The translations under genes were made by a program, and so were the position numbers. The notes under the pieces are model-generated. The model was given only the letters and a program-made list of their open reading frames with translations. It made no database searches and was not told where the DNA came from. From NCBI RefSeq assembly GCF_006345805.1, contig NC_043000.1, forward strand, positions 24,118,001 through 24,182,000: DNA of 64,000 bases, given 5' to 3'. The stretch comes from Octopus sinensis (Eukaryota). Numbering within the stretch: the first letter of the stretch is position 1; each line of letters opens with the position of its first letter. Positions 14,265 through 26,864 of the stretch are shown in pieces.

Positions 14265-14620
14265 ATTCTTCTTCTTTATGCCTTTAACCCTCCAATGCGG
14301 AGTATAGACCACTTATAGTTGAATTCCATGTCGCATAATTTTCCACTTCTGTACTTACACTCTGCCATGAATGTCCCCCTTTCTCTAGTTCCTTTTGTGT
14401 TGATCTCTGCCACAAGTTCTTAGGCTTACCTCTCCTTCTATATCCATCCGAATTCCACTGTAAAGCACTTTTCGCTACATTTGGTGTGTCTTTTCTAATT
14501 ATGCTACCAATCCACTTTTTCTTAAATATTTGCTCCCTAATTGAAACTTCATTTGTTCTTTGCCATAGCTCCCTATTGCTTATGTGTTCGGGCCATCTAA
14601 TATACTTACTATTCTAAGTA
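14265..14620 (-). mobile_element. Second RTE-type LINE family, 3' ORF fragment
   Basis: The minus strand translates to KYIRWPEHISNRELWQRTNEVSIREQI...WIGSIIRK...ALQWNSDGYRRRGKPKNLWQRS, a typical RTE C-terminus. Confidence 0.7.
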
Positions 14621-15651
14621 TATAATTACATAGTTTTTAAAGTGTATCTCTATAGATCTTCTACAGAATTTAGGATATTATGGTTGTAAAATGAAACACA
14701 ATGTTCCTAACAGCAATTAGTATTTACACATATATATATGGATAGAACTTGTGGACAAGAGAGACCCAGGAAGACATAGAACAAAGTACCGAAGTTCGAT
14801 CTCAAGACACTGAGCTTTATGAAGGAGATGACAAAGGACTTGGATATCTGGTGTCTTGCTCTACTCAAAGACCCATCTGCCATAGCAGAGTTAATATCTG
14901 TGCTGGTGTCACATACTTATCTTTCCTGGGTTACATTATTTTGCTTACGTCACCAACCACGTCATGTGTTTTTTTTATTATTCATTTATCTCATCTCCAT
15001 GCATTGGACTGTATCAAATGTATAAAATATTGTAACTATACATTACAGGCTGGTGTAAAAAGATACTTCCTTGAAGGCAACTTTTTTACATGGCCAATTG
15101 AAAAGGTTGCTAGACACAAAGAAAATTCTAAGAAAAATAAATAAGTAAATGAGTGGGAATTTTATCAAGCTAAAAATAAAATAGGTACTGGTATCAATTC
15201 ATTAAACTAAAAATTCCTCAAGGTGGTACCCTAACATGACGTCAGTTTAATAACTGAAACATGTAAAAGATAAACACCCCCGCCTCTTCACACACACATG
15301 CATACATGCCTATTATTCTTAAGGACATTACAAATGAGAGCTCATGGTTCAGTGGACATAACATTCAGTATGAAGTTTTGAAAACATGCATTTCTATACA
15401 TATATGCACAGACAGGTGAGAAACAGCTATATGTACATATATAACGTGTGACACAGGATATAACTGAATACTAATCATAGTTGTGAATATCCAGTCAGAG
15501 ACATGTATACATATATGATGCAAACTACATTTGATTAGATATATATATATTTAACAGTAAAGTAAAAGTGATTTAAATAACTGACGGCGATGTGATTGTT
15601 AGAATTAAAGGATAAACATATGGAAGGACACTGAAGTTTCTAGGAAGAGGA

Positions 15652-15820
15652 CCAGTCGATTAGATTGATTACAATAAGCAACTGGTACTTAATTTATCAA
15701 CCCTGAAAGGATGAAAGGCAAAGTCGACTTCAGCAGAATTTGAACTCAGAATTTAAAGACAGATGAAATACTGCTAAGCATTTCGCCTGGTGTCCTAATG
15801 TTTCTGACAGCTCACCACCT
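15652..15820 (-). mobile_element. SINE carrying a Meta-domain-like core; other copies near 35610-35700, 38760-38930, 57640-57860
   Basis: The reverse complement gactttgcctttcatcctttcagggttgataaattaagtaccag resembles, from memory, the MetaSINE central domain. Confidence 0.6.
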
Positions 15821-15869
15821 TGGCACTGGATATCATTAAAAACAGACAAAATATATTCATTCTTTTATT

Positions 15870-16152
15870 ATGGCTCTTATGAGGAACACTATAGTTTCAG
15901 CTGTTTTGCTGTGTTTTCTTTTACCATATCTTAGTCAAGGTTTGGTTTTAAGATGTGACAAAGAAGTATCAAACACTTCTAATGAACTAAGAATTGCGGT
16001 CATTTTGTCTGCAATGACAAAAAACTTAACGACAAATCAGTGTTCTGTGTTTCAAAATACAACCATTCCAAACATTGGAGCAATTCAATGGATTATTGAC
16101 AAACTTAATGCTCCATGTGGAGACATAAAACTTATCCCACAATACGATATTG
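15870..16152 (+). CDS. Exon 1 of tandem Venus-flytrap receptor-like gene: signal peptide and start of VFT1
   Basis: ATG followed by hydrophobic MALMRNTIVSAVLLCFLLPYLSQG (S-Q-G cleavage pattern). LRIAVILS...C...GAIQWIIDKLN...LIPQYDI resembles the class C GPCR N-terminus (LGGLF..C..AM.FAIDEIN..LLP..LG). Donor G|GTAAGT at 16153, phase 1. Confidence 0.85.
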
Positions 16153-17266
16153 GTAAGTATTTTATAAAAAAATATTTCAATAATTAAAACTGTTTAAATG
16201 TATGTAAATGTTATAATTATTGTGATAAATTTCACAAAGAAAATTTCAAAATGCTTTTTCCTGAGATTAAATTATTGATAAATTAACTAAAATGGCAGTA
16301 ATGTTGGTTCCTATGAAACAGCCATGTGGAATTGGCAATTAGCATTACTTGTAAATTATTGATATTTCTTCTGTTTTACATTAAAGTTTGGGTGGAATTC
16401 TGCTTTTAGCATGCAATGTAACTCCTCACAACTTTTTTTTTCTTTTTGGAATTTCCAAAAGATTTTTGTGAATTTGTGTTCTATGGGAATTCATATTACT
16501 ATGAAGAAAAAAAAATGATTTTCTAATTTTTCGAATTTTTTAAAACTTTTTTTGTTTCTAATTTTTCAAATTGCAAAAATAAAAGTCACAGTTTAAAATA
16601 TGGGAAGTCTGAATTTTCTTTTTTGCCTAAATCTCAGCAATAGACCATTTAATGTATTTGTGGGGAGACAGATATTGAAAAACATCAATGCATCATATTG
16701 ACAAACAAGCAATGACAATTTGAGGTGGTCATGTGATGTACTAAAAATAACATCTAAAGACCCCAATAACTTTTTTTATCTTCCAGAAGTTTCAGAAAAT
16801 GTTTGTAAATTTGAGTTCTACACACAGACGTTCAAAAAAAAAAATTGTGTGTGATTTAAGGGGTATTTAGCTATTATTTTTAGTACATCTCATGACCACC
16901 TCAAATTGTCAATCTGATGTATTATTTGTCAATCTGATGTATTGATGTTTTATAAACTTTAGTGGAATTCTGCTTTATGCACACAGTAGAAAAGGATTTT
17001 TACAGCTAGATGCCCTTCTAAATGTCTATCACTTTACAGTGTGGACTGGATTTTTGCTATATACAGAGGAGAGAGGACAAATTGGTAAGAAAAGATCTAC
17101 AAACATTAGGACTTTCAGAGGTGATGACAGGGGACTGAGACTGTTGGTGGTTTGCTGTGCCTGAAAAGGCATGTCAAGCTAAATAATATTTTTCTTACTT
17201 TCCCCTTACATTACCACATGTAGTTTCTATTTCCTTTTTGTAACATATTTCTATTATATATATATA

Positions 17267-18028
17267 CCAGCATTAAAGACCCGTTGTTGCCGGGTCATAG
17301 TGCTAGTGCATGTATATATGTGTATATATATGTGTACATATTACATGTACATCTATATATATACATCTACACATAAAATACAAAATACAAAGTTATATCT
17401 TGATATCGCTAGTGATAACAATACTCAAAATATATTACAGACTGGAATTGTTAGCCCATCTCTTGTAATTTCGATCAATTGTATCTTGTCCTCACTCTTG
17501 TATAGAAGTGTGGCTACAATCCAGCCTACCTCTACTTCGGGGGGGGGGGGCAGCGGCATTTAAAATTTTTTTCCAGGACGTCCTACATCCCAGATATAAA
17601 GGTAAAAGTAAAATATTTCCACTTTGCAAGTTTGAGTCGAGTACTCCCTTGCACGCTCCGTTGACTCGAACCTTGCTTCTATTGTGGCAAATTTACCGCC
17701 TCTGATTAGATACCTTTCATAGTCAGACTTACTACATATAATTCAATTGTTATTATTATTTTTATTGTTAAAGTGAAAGTATCTGACATAAAATAGAGAA
17801 ACGTTTTTGTTTCCCTTTTAACACGTAATACTGAAATAGTGGAGAAGATATGATATTGCTATGGGCTTGCTCTAGGCAAGAAGTTGAACATTTTTTTTGC
17901 CGATGACACTCCCCGGACCCTAAGTAAGGCATGTGTAAAATTTGAATGAAATTGGTTGTGTAGTTCTCAAGTTTTAGGGAAACACACAGACAGACAGACA
18001 CACATTTTCAGTTTTATATATATAAAGA
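17267..18028 (-). mobile_element. Non-autonomous Helitron-like element
   Basis: The minus strand starts A|TC-TTTATATATATAAAA and ends with a gacccg/cgggtc hairpin and CTGG|T. Contains (caga)n near its 5' end. Confidence 0.6.
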
Positions 18029-18241
18029 TATATGTTGTGTGCTTAAAGCCAGCCTCACCTGGCACCTATGCCAGTAGCACGTAAAAAGCACCCACTACAC
18101 TCACGGAGTGGTTGGCATTAGGAAGGGCATCCAGCTGTAGAAACACTGCCAGATCAGATTGGAGCCTGGTGCAGCCTCCTGGCTTCCCAGACCCCGGTTG
18201 AACCGTCCAACCCATGCTAGCATGGAAAACGGATGTTAAAC

Positions 18242-18274
<33 letters not shown>

Positions 18275-19182
18275 AGCAGAATTCCACCAGAGTTTATATT
18301 TTGGGACTCAGGCTCTTCATCATAGAGGGAAATCTATGAATTGTGCTTAAAGTGTATCTGAAAATGGTATTATTATCATTTGGGATATTGAACTTCCAAC
18401 AGAACAGCTACAAGTTGATGTAGGTAGTTTATTTTGTTCCCCTCCAACTTTTAGTTAATACAATTGAAACCCAATACATAGATAAATGCAAGTGTTCTGG
18501 GTAGTAAAAAATATATAAACTTATAAAAATATCTCACCTTCAACACTACCTAAAATTGCTCACTCTCAAAGATAAATTAACAACTAGGACCTATTAGAAT
18601 AATGATCAACTAATTAGACAGGTTGTAATTAGATATCTCAAAATTTATGGTTTTTTCCTCTTGTTTCTGAAATTAGACTGTGGTCATGCTGGGTCACCAC
18701 TTTGAAGAACTTTTAGTCAATTAATTCAACCCCAGTAATTATTTTTTAAAGCCTGGTACTTATTCTATCAGTTGCTTTTGCTGAACCACTAAGTTACAGG
18801 GACATAAACACACCATCACCGGTCATCAAGCAGTTGAGGGGGGAACAAACGCTTCCCCGCCCATATATATGATGGGTTTCCTTCATTTTCTCTCAACCAA
18901 ATCCACCCACAAAGCCTTGGTTGGCTTGGGTGTATGGCAGAAGATGCTTGATTAAGGTGTCATGCAGTGGGACTGAACCTAGAACCATGTGGTTAGGAAG
19001 CAAACTTCTTACCATGTAGCTATGTCAATACTATATCGATCAATTCAATGCAATGGAGTGTCTCAAAACACAAGAAGGCTATTTACAAAGCGAAAACAAT
19101 TTGAAGCATAAAACCACAGAAATATTTCGTTTTTGGATTTGGTTTGCAAGATTCTTTATGCGAGTTCGTGTGTTGAAGCATA

Positions 19183-19450
19183 TTCTGTTGTGTCTGGGGA
19201 GAGTCATTTTCTTTTTGTGCCTTATTATGTAATACACTCACCGGTAAAATTTCCACTTTTTTTTCTTATTTATATTTTCCTAAAATTTTCGTTGCATCTT
19301 GCAACTTTTTCAATAGTTTAGGTTGCAAGACGCAACAAAAATTTTAGGAAAATAAAAATAAGAAAAAAAAAAAGAAGTGGAAATTTTACTGGTGAGTGTG
19401 TTATATTATAAGGCACAAAAAGAAAATTACTCTCCCCAGACACCACAGAA
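19183..19450. repeat. ~125-bp-arm inverted repeat with ~12-nt spacer
   Basis: ctgttgtgtctggggagagtc...gttgcatcttgcaac versus gttgcaagacgcaac...ctctccccagacaccacag. Confidence 0.9.
19280..19316 (-). ncRNA. Minimal hammerhead-like motif with U3-A8 core
   Basis: The minus strand reads CTA-TTGAAAA-A-GTTGC-aagat-GCAAC-GAAA-A-TT-T-TAG. It has a 3-bp stem I, a 5-bp stem II and a palindromic loopless stem III (AAAUUU). Confidence 0.5.
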
Positions 19451-19818
19451 ATAATTTTGCACTTGGTCTAGTAATAACAAGATCAACACAGAAAACTAAC
19501 CACATGCAAAAGTAACAATTAACAAATCAAAAATGTGTGCTTGTATAACAAACATATACTTGAATGAAAAGAAATATAATTATATAAAAAGAATTATTAT
19601 TACTCTTTTACTTGTTTCAGTCATTTGACTGTGGCCATGCTGGAGCACAGCCTTTTAGTCGAGCAAATCGACCCCAGGGCTTATTCTTTGTAAGCCTTGT
19701 ACTTATTCTCTTGTAAGTCTTGTACTTAGTCTCTTTTACTGAACCGCTAAGTTATGGGGACCTAAACACACCAGCCTCGGTTGTCAAGCGATGTTGGTGG
19801 ACAAACACAGACACACAA

Positions 19819-19877
<59 letters not shown>

Positions 19878-20093
19878 CACATATATACGACGGGCTTCTT
19901 TCAGTTTCCGTTTACCAAATCCACTCACAAGGCTTTGGTTGGCCCAAGGCTATAGTAGAAGACACTTGCCCTGAACCCGGAAGCATGTGGCTGGTAAGCA
20001 AGCTACTTACCACACAGCCACTCCTACACCTATTAGAAAAATATAAATATTTAGATATGCATTTCTGTCTCTTTATATGTATATATATATCAC

Positions 20094-20378
20094 CGTGACC
20101 GACCAGGCTATCAAATGTTGCTAAACATCGCTGGTCACAATACATTTTGCATTGTTTAAGCCTTCAAATGACACCACCCCGCTGGCTAAGTGAGCAGGCC
20201 AACAGAAGAAAGAGTGAGAGAAAGTTGTGGTGAAAGAGTACAGCAGGGATTGCCAGAGCCTCGTGGAGCTTTAGATGTTTTTGCTCAATAAACACTCACA
20301 ATGCCCGGTCTGGGAATCGAAACCGCAATCCTACAACCGCGAGTCCGCTGCCCTAAACATTGGGCCATCGCGCCTCCA
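20094..20378 (-). mobile_element. tRNA-derived SINE family B; other copies at 36660-37040(-), 37160-37470(-), 57942-58180(+), 58194-58495(+)
   Basis: Head ggaggcgcaatggcccagtggttagggcag...ggtttcgattccc (A and B boxes), with the shared body aacacctaaagctccacgaggctc. Confidence 0.88.
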
Positions 20379-20408
20379 AACACACACACACACCACACAC
20401 ACACACAC

Positions 20409-20812
<404 letters not shown>

Positions 20813-21256
20813 TCTCTGTGTGTATGTGTGTACACTCTCTTCTTTTCTTCTCTACCTCTCTATTACCATAACTATCTTAGAAAGTAGCAAATTTCAGCTC
20901 AATAATTTTTAGTTTTTATTTTTTTTTTTCAGATTTTAGTTTTCTTAGTTTCTAATTTTAAGTTTAGGTTTTAAATTTAAAATTTGAATTTTAGTTTTAA
21001 TTCTTAATCCTTTATCACATATCGTTCAATGGCTATTGAGCTGGAAATACAATTTTCAATATCTATTGTCCTTATAGCCTTGCCTAGAGTAACCTTCCAC
21101 CTCCACTCTACTGAAACTTTAACAATTGACTGGTAACTTCCATAAAATACTGATATGCTTTCATCATTACCTTTTCTGTTATTTATTTATTATATTTTTA
21201 TTTTTAATGGTGTTACCCTGCAGTTTCATATCCACAAAGTGTTTAATTTTACAGTG

Positions 21257-21290
<34 letters not shown>

Positions 21291-21486
21291 GTTTATATAT
21301 TTGTTGTGCAAGATTTTTTTATGTGAAGTCGTGTGTTGAAACAGATATTGTTATATTTTGGAATGGTCATTTTGCCAGTTTAGCCAATAAAAAGCACACA
21401 CACTATATATTTGGTGTTACTTTGCTTCAGTGTTATTTATTTTTTACATTAATCTTAATCTTAGGCTTGAAAGAAATAAAGCTAGT

Positions 21487-22216
21487 ATGATCTGCTGGAT
21501 GTGTAATGTCAGTGTGCATACACAACAGAGTGTAAGCACCTTGTGAGAAATGTTGGACATAAGAAGCATCAGATGTGATGTGCAAGAGAGACAACTGTGC
21601 TGGTATGGACATGTGTTACATATGGATGAGGACAGCTGTGTGAGAAAGTGCCATACCCTAACAGTGGAAGTAACCTGTGGAAAAGGTAGACTCAGGAAGT
21701 CATTGAATGAGGTGGTGAAGCATGACCTTCAAATGTTGGGGCTCACAGGGGCAATGACAAATGACCGAGATCTTTGGAGATATGCTGTGCTTGAGAAGTA
21801 AAGTAAGACTGCAGCCATGGCTGATGCCAGTGTTGCATGACTGGTCCATTTAAAGTATCCTTCAAGCATCGGGCAATATGATATGCTTGAGAAAACCTGT
21901 TGAGACAAGTAAAAAAGAGATCAAAATTGTAGCCGTGGCCATTACTGTCCACCTGGTTTCTGTGCTGGTGGCATGTAAAATGCACCATCCGAATGTCGTT
22001 GATGCCAGTTTCCCCTGACTGGCTCCCCTGCTGGTGGCACATAAAAAGCACTGACCGAATGTGGTCGATTCCTGTGCCCCCTGACTGGCCCTCATGCTGG
22101 TGGTACATAAAAAGCACCCACTATACTCTTGGAGTGGTTGGCATTAGGAAGGGCATCTAGCTGTAGAAACATTGCCAGATCAGGCTGTTAAACAATGATG
22201 ATGATGATGATGATGA
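21487..22216 (+). mobile_element. RTE LINE 3' end with UTR and (GAT)n tail
   Basis: WMCNVSVHTQQ...WYGHV...GRLRKS, continuing into the UTR motif aaaaagcacccactatactct...tagaaacattgccagatcag and (gat)n. Confidence 0.88.
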
Positions 22217-22911
22217 TAAGCAGAATTTAGTTCAGTTGAAATATGTTTCTAATAGATGGCAACACTGAATGAACTGGATGTTTTCACAACTTTTTACCAT
22301 AAGAGAGATACATTCTCCATGGTAACTGCAGTGTATTTGTTTTTTAGCGGTTGAAATATGCCTAAAAACTGGTTAGCACTAACATTTTGTTATATATATA
22401 TATATAAATATATATATATACACACACACGTGTGTGTGTAATTGAGCAAGTGCATTATATATATATATATATATATATATATAGCTACATGGTTTCGGGT
22501 TCTGTCCCATGCGTGGCACTTTGAGTAGGTGTCTTCCACAATAGCCCTGAGCCGACCGGAGCTTTGTGATTGAATCCGGTAGGTGGAAGTTACTGCTGTG
22601 TGTGTATGTGTGCGTATAGCTGCTCAGTGCCTCTCCGAAAGAGAGAGAGGGATATATATATATATATATGTAGGTTAAAGTAGGTAGGAGAGGTAAACAA
22701 TTAGTGAAGAAAGGACAAGGACATTTGATTTTTTTTTACCTCAGTTTAAAAATTTAGTGACTCAAAGGTCAATCAACATTAACGATGTTTTAAACAAGAC
22801 ATTCACACAATCCCAACTTCAACTGCTGTTCTGACTGGGGTTTTGGTGGCACGACCATTTGAGCACTTAGAATGCATCTCTCTTAGTTTAAGTTATCTTG
22901 AGCTAAACTCC

Positions 22912-22944
<33 letters not shown>

Positions 22945-23145
22945 TTGTCTTTCCTATACTAAATACTTTCTCACCACTTCATGGAACCACAGTTGTTTCT
23001 GTTTGAGCGAGAAGGTATAGGTTAAAAATAGTGCGGAAAAGCAAACAATGAGTCAGAGCAGGACAAGAATATTTAGTTTCATTTCATTCAGTTTAAGAAT
23101 TTAGCTACGTAACTACTTTTTTTGTTTTTCCTCACAACATTAACC

Positions 23146-23179
<34 letters not shown>

Positions 23180-23319
23180 AGATAAGAAAATGGAGGAATA
23201 CATCTAAATCAAATATCAATTACCAGATAATACTCAATCACATACTTTATTAAACCACCACATAAGAGACCGTAGTGTTAAATATAAAAAGCAGAACAAA
23301 TCAGTGTACATAAAGGAAT

Positions 23320-23606
23320 AAATTTGGTCTTTGCTACATTGACTCTAAGGCCTTTTGATTCTAAACATTGCTTCCACACGTGGAATTTCTTTTCTAGTTC
23401 TGGTAGGGATTCTGCCATGAGGGCCATGTCATCAGCATAGAGGAGCTCATACATATACACATTTAAAAATAAGATTAGATAAAATCTTAATATGAATTTA
23501 TCAAGTAGTCAGCATGAAAAACCTCATAAGGGAAAAATTTATTATTATTCCTTTTAGATATATTTATTTATATTATAATTCCCTTAATATAAATAAATAT
23601 AAATAT

Positions 23607-23673
<67 letters not shown>

Positions 23674-23975
23674 TATATACATGTATATATAAATTGGACG
23701 CTAAACAATCCTGTATATATAAAACGGACGCTAAACGATGATGATGATGATGATGATGATATATTTATATATGTGTGTGTGTGTATGTGTGTGTGTGTGT
23801 GTGTGCATATATATATATGGATATATATCCATATATATATGCACACATACACACACACACACATATATAAATATATCATCATCATCATCATCATTATCGT
23901 TTAGCGTCCGTTTTATATATACATCATCGTTTAGCGTCCAATTTATATATACATGTATATATTCATATATATATA

Positions 23976-24030
<55 letters not shown>

Positions 24031-24313
24031 TTATATTTATTTATATTAAGGGAATTATAATATAAATAAATATATCTAAAAGGAATAATAATAAATTTTT
24101 CCCTTATGAGGTTTTTCATGCTGACTACTTGATAAATTCGTATTAAGATTTTATCTAATCCTATTTTTAAATGTGTATATGTATGAGCTCCTCTATGCTG
24201 ATGACATGGCCCTCATAGCAGAATCCCTACCAGAACTAGAAAAGAAATTTCACGTGTGGAAGCAAGGTTTAGAATCAAAAGGCCTTAGAGTCAATGTAGC
24301 AAAGACCAAATTT
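23320..24313. repeat. ~1 kb spacer-less palindrome centred on ggatat|atatcc (23824/23825)
   Basis: The left arm aaatttggtctttgctacatt... is the reverse complement of ...aatgtagcaaagaccaaattt. The arms differ by several substitutions and in microsatellite length. Confidence 0.95.
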
Positions 24314-25640
24314 CTAGTAAATAGGAAGGTGAACTCATCACACACCCCTTGAGGTATGCAGCCCTGCTTGATCAGCAGAAAAGGAGTAGGTAGAAACACC
24401 ATAAGATGTACCCAGTATAAGCTATGGACACATAAGAGGTGCAGCAACATTAAAGGGAGATTAACCGAGAAGATAGCTTTCGTGTGCGGCAGATGCACTG
24501 GGGCAATAAACACCACAGATGCTCAGAAAACAGATTCCATCACAACACAGGGGGAGAAACTAGAAGTAGTTGATAGCTTCTGCTACTAGGTGACCAAGTT
24601 AGTAGTGAGGGTGGATGCTCAGAGAGTGTTACCACTAGAATAAGAATAGCCTGGGCAAAGTTTAGAAAGCTTCTACCCCTGCTGGTGACAAAGGGCCTCT
24701 CGCTCAGAGTGAAAGGTAGATACATGTGTGTGCACTGCCATGCTTCACAGCAGTGAAACATGGGGTGTGACTGCAGAGGACATTCATAGTCTCGAAAGAA
24801 ATGAAGCTAGCATGATCTACTGGATGTGTAATGTCAGTATGCACACACAACAGAGTATAAGCACCCTGAGAGAAATGTTGGACATAAGAAGCATCGGGTG
24901 TGGTGTGCAAGAGAGACGTTTGCGCTGGTATGGTCATGTACTATGGATGGATGAGGAGAGATGTATGAAGAAGTGCCACTCCCAAACAGTTCAAGGAGTC
25001 CAGGGTAGAGGTAGACCCAGGAAGACATGGGATGAGGTGGTCAAACATGACCTTTGGGGCCTCATAGAGGCAATGATGAAAGACCAAGACCTCTGAAGAT
25101 ATGCTGTGACTGTGAAGACCTGACAAATAAAGTGAGTTCATGGCTGTATCCTAGACCAGTTTTGCATAACTAGCCCCAGCCCCTTCAAACATACCTTGGA
25201 TCATAGGACGACCTGCTGTGCTTACCTTGGATCATAGGGCAATCTGCTGTGCTTGAGGAGACCTACTGAGTCAAGTTCATCAACATCAAAATATAAATCA
25301 AATGGAAATTGTAGTTGTGATACCTGTGCCGGTGGCATGTAAAAAGCACCATCTGAATGTGGCTGATGCCAGCGCTACCTTGACTGGCTTCCATGCACCA
25401 ACCAACCGTGGCTGTTGCTAGCCTCCTCTGACCTCTGTGCCAGTGGTACGTGAAAAGCACCCACTACACTCACAGAGTGGTCGGCGTTAGAAAGAGCATC
25501 CAGCTGTAGAAACACTGCCAGATCAGACTGGAGCCTGATGCAGCCTCCTGGCTTCCCAGACCCTGGCTGAACCATCCAACCCATGCTAGCATGGAAAACA
25601 GACGTTAAACGATGATGATGATGATAATGATGACGATGAT
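24185..25640 (+). mobile_element. RTE LINE 3' part with UTR and (GAT)n tail
   Basis: ELLYADD through GRGRPRKTWDEVVKHDL, then the same UTR ending aacagacgttaaacgatgatgat. Confidence 0.92.
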
Positions 25641-25724
25641 ATATATATGTACTGAACTGTGATAAGTACTCCATCTGGTGAGAGATAAATATTATTACTT
25701 AAAGGTCACAACACATGTACTAAA

Positions 25725-25777
25725 ATGCTACTAATAGTTTCATATGTTGTGAGAACTCAAACATACTCTTCAGGCAC
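25725..25777 (-). ncRNA. Hammerhead ribozyme motif in the left arm of a Penelope-like element
   Basis: The minus strand reads GTGC-CTGAAGA-GTATGTT-tgagttctcac-AACATAT-GAAA-CT-att-AG-TA-GCAT. All core nucleotides are present, stems I-III pair, and the cleavage triplet is GUA. Confidence 0.8.
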
Positions 25778-26734
25778 AAATTACATCATAACTAACTAAA
25801 AAATTGGATAAATAGAAGAAATGTGATGAAGCTGCGAAGACTGCATATAGAAAATGCTGACAGTAAACTACGGAAAATGAAACTAAAGTGACAAAAGGTA
25901 AAAAGTGCTATCCTCTTAGGCCTTAAATGATAAAGCTGCAAAAGATATCAAGTCAGTCAGGAATAGGCAGAATTGTCCAATTCCTCAGAATATATTTATA
26001 CATATGCATGCAACCACTGAAAATTTCTGACCTGGTGTTCAATACAGAGTTAGGGATCTTAGATCTGAACAGGATCTTTGTACTCTTTCAGCCAAACAAT
26101 GTCTACATTTATTTGATCCATTCACATACGGTATGGATTTCATAATTATTATCCATTTAATCAGAAACCTAAATAACAATACAACTGATAAGAAGACCTA
26201 TATTGGATTATGTGAAGGAGAATTTAAAATCGCTATGTCAATCACATTGCCTCCTTCCAACATAGGGACAAAAGTAAAGCCACTAAGTTGGCTAGATATG
26301 TATGGACTTTGAAAGATAATAAAACACTGCATGTGATTAAATGGATAATAATTGAGAAATCCATACCGTATGTGAATGGATCAAATAAATGTAGACATTG
26401 TTTGGCTGAAAGAGTGCAGATCCTGTTCAGATCTAAGATCCCTAACTCTCTATTAAACTCCAGGTCAGAAATTTTCAGTGGTTGCATGCATGTGTATAAA
26501 TATATTCTGAGGAATTGGACAATTCTGCCTATTCTTGACTGACTTGATATCTTTTGCAGCTTTATCATTTAAGGCCTAAGGAGAATAGCACTTCCTACCT
26601 TTTGACACTTTAGTTTTGTTTTCCGTTTTTTGTTTTCCATTGTTTCCTGTCTATGCTTTCTATATGCTGCCTTCTCAGTTTAGTCACATTTCTTCGATTT
26701 ATCCAATTTTTTAGTTAGTTATGATATGTGGTTT

Positions 26735-26787
26735 GTGCCTGAAGAATATATTTGAATTCTCTCAACGTATGAAACTATTAGTAGAAC
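26735..26787 (+). ncRNA. Hammerhead ribozyme motif in the right arm of a Penelope-like element (stems more mutated)
   Basis: GTGC-CTGAAGA-ATATATTtgaattctctcAACGTAT-GAAA-CT-att-AG-TA-GAAC. The core is intact, with one mismatch each in stems I and II. Confidence 0.7.
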
Positions 26788-26864
26788 TGTATTAATAATA
26801 GTAATAATAATAATAATGATGATGATGATAATAATAATGATGATGATAATAAAAACAGAGCGAA

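Larger units (their letters stand above)
25725..26787 (+). mobile_element. Penelope-like retroelement 3' remnant (GIY-YIG endonuclease C-terminus) with inverted pseudo-LTR arms
   Basis: 26165-26540 translates, with one frameshift, to KKTYIGLCEGEFK/RYVNHIASFQH...KLARYVWTLKD...KWIIIEKSIPYVNGSNKCRHCLAER...LNSRSEIFSGCMH, typical of PLE endonuclease ends. 25725-26163 is an inverted copy of 26334-26787. Confidence 0.85.

Noticed and set aside
25927-26568. Two near-identical ORFs MIKLQKISSQS... on opposite strands suggesting a duplicated gene
   Set aside because: They are antisense frames of the Penelope inverted repeat; the meaningful frame is the GIY-YIG remnant.
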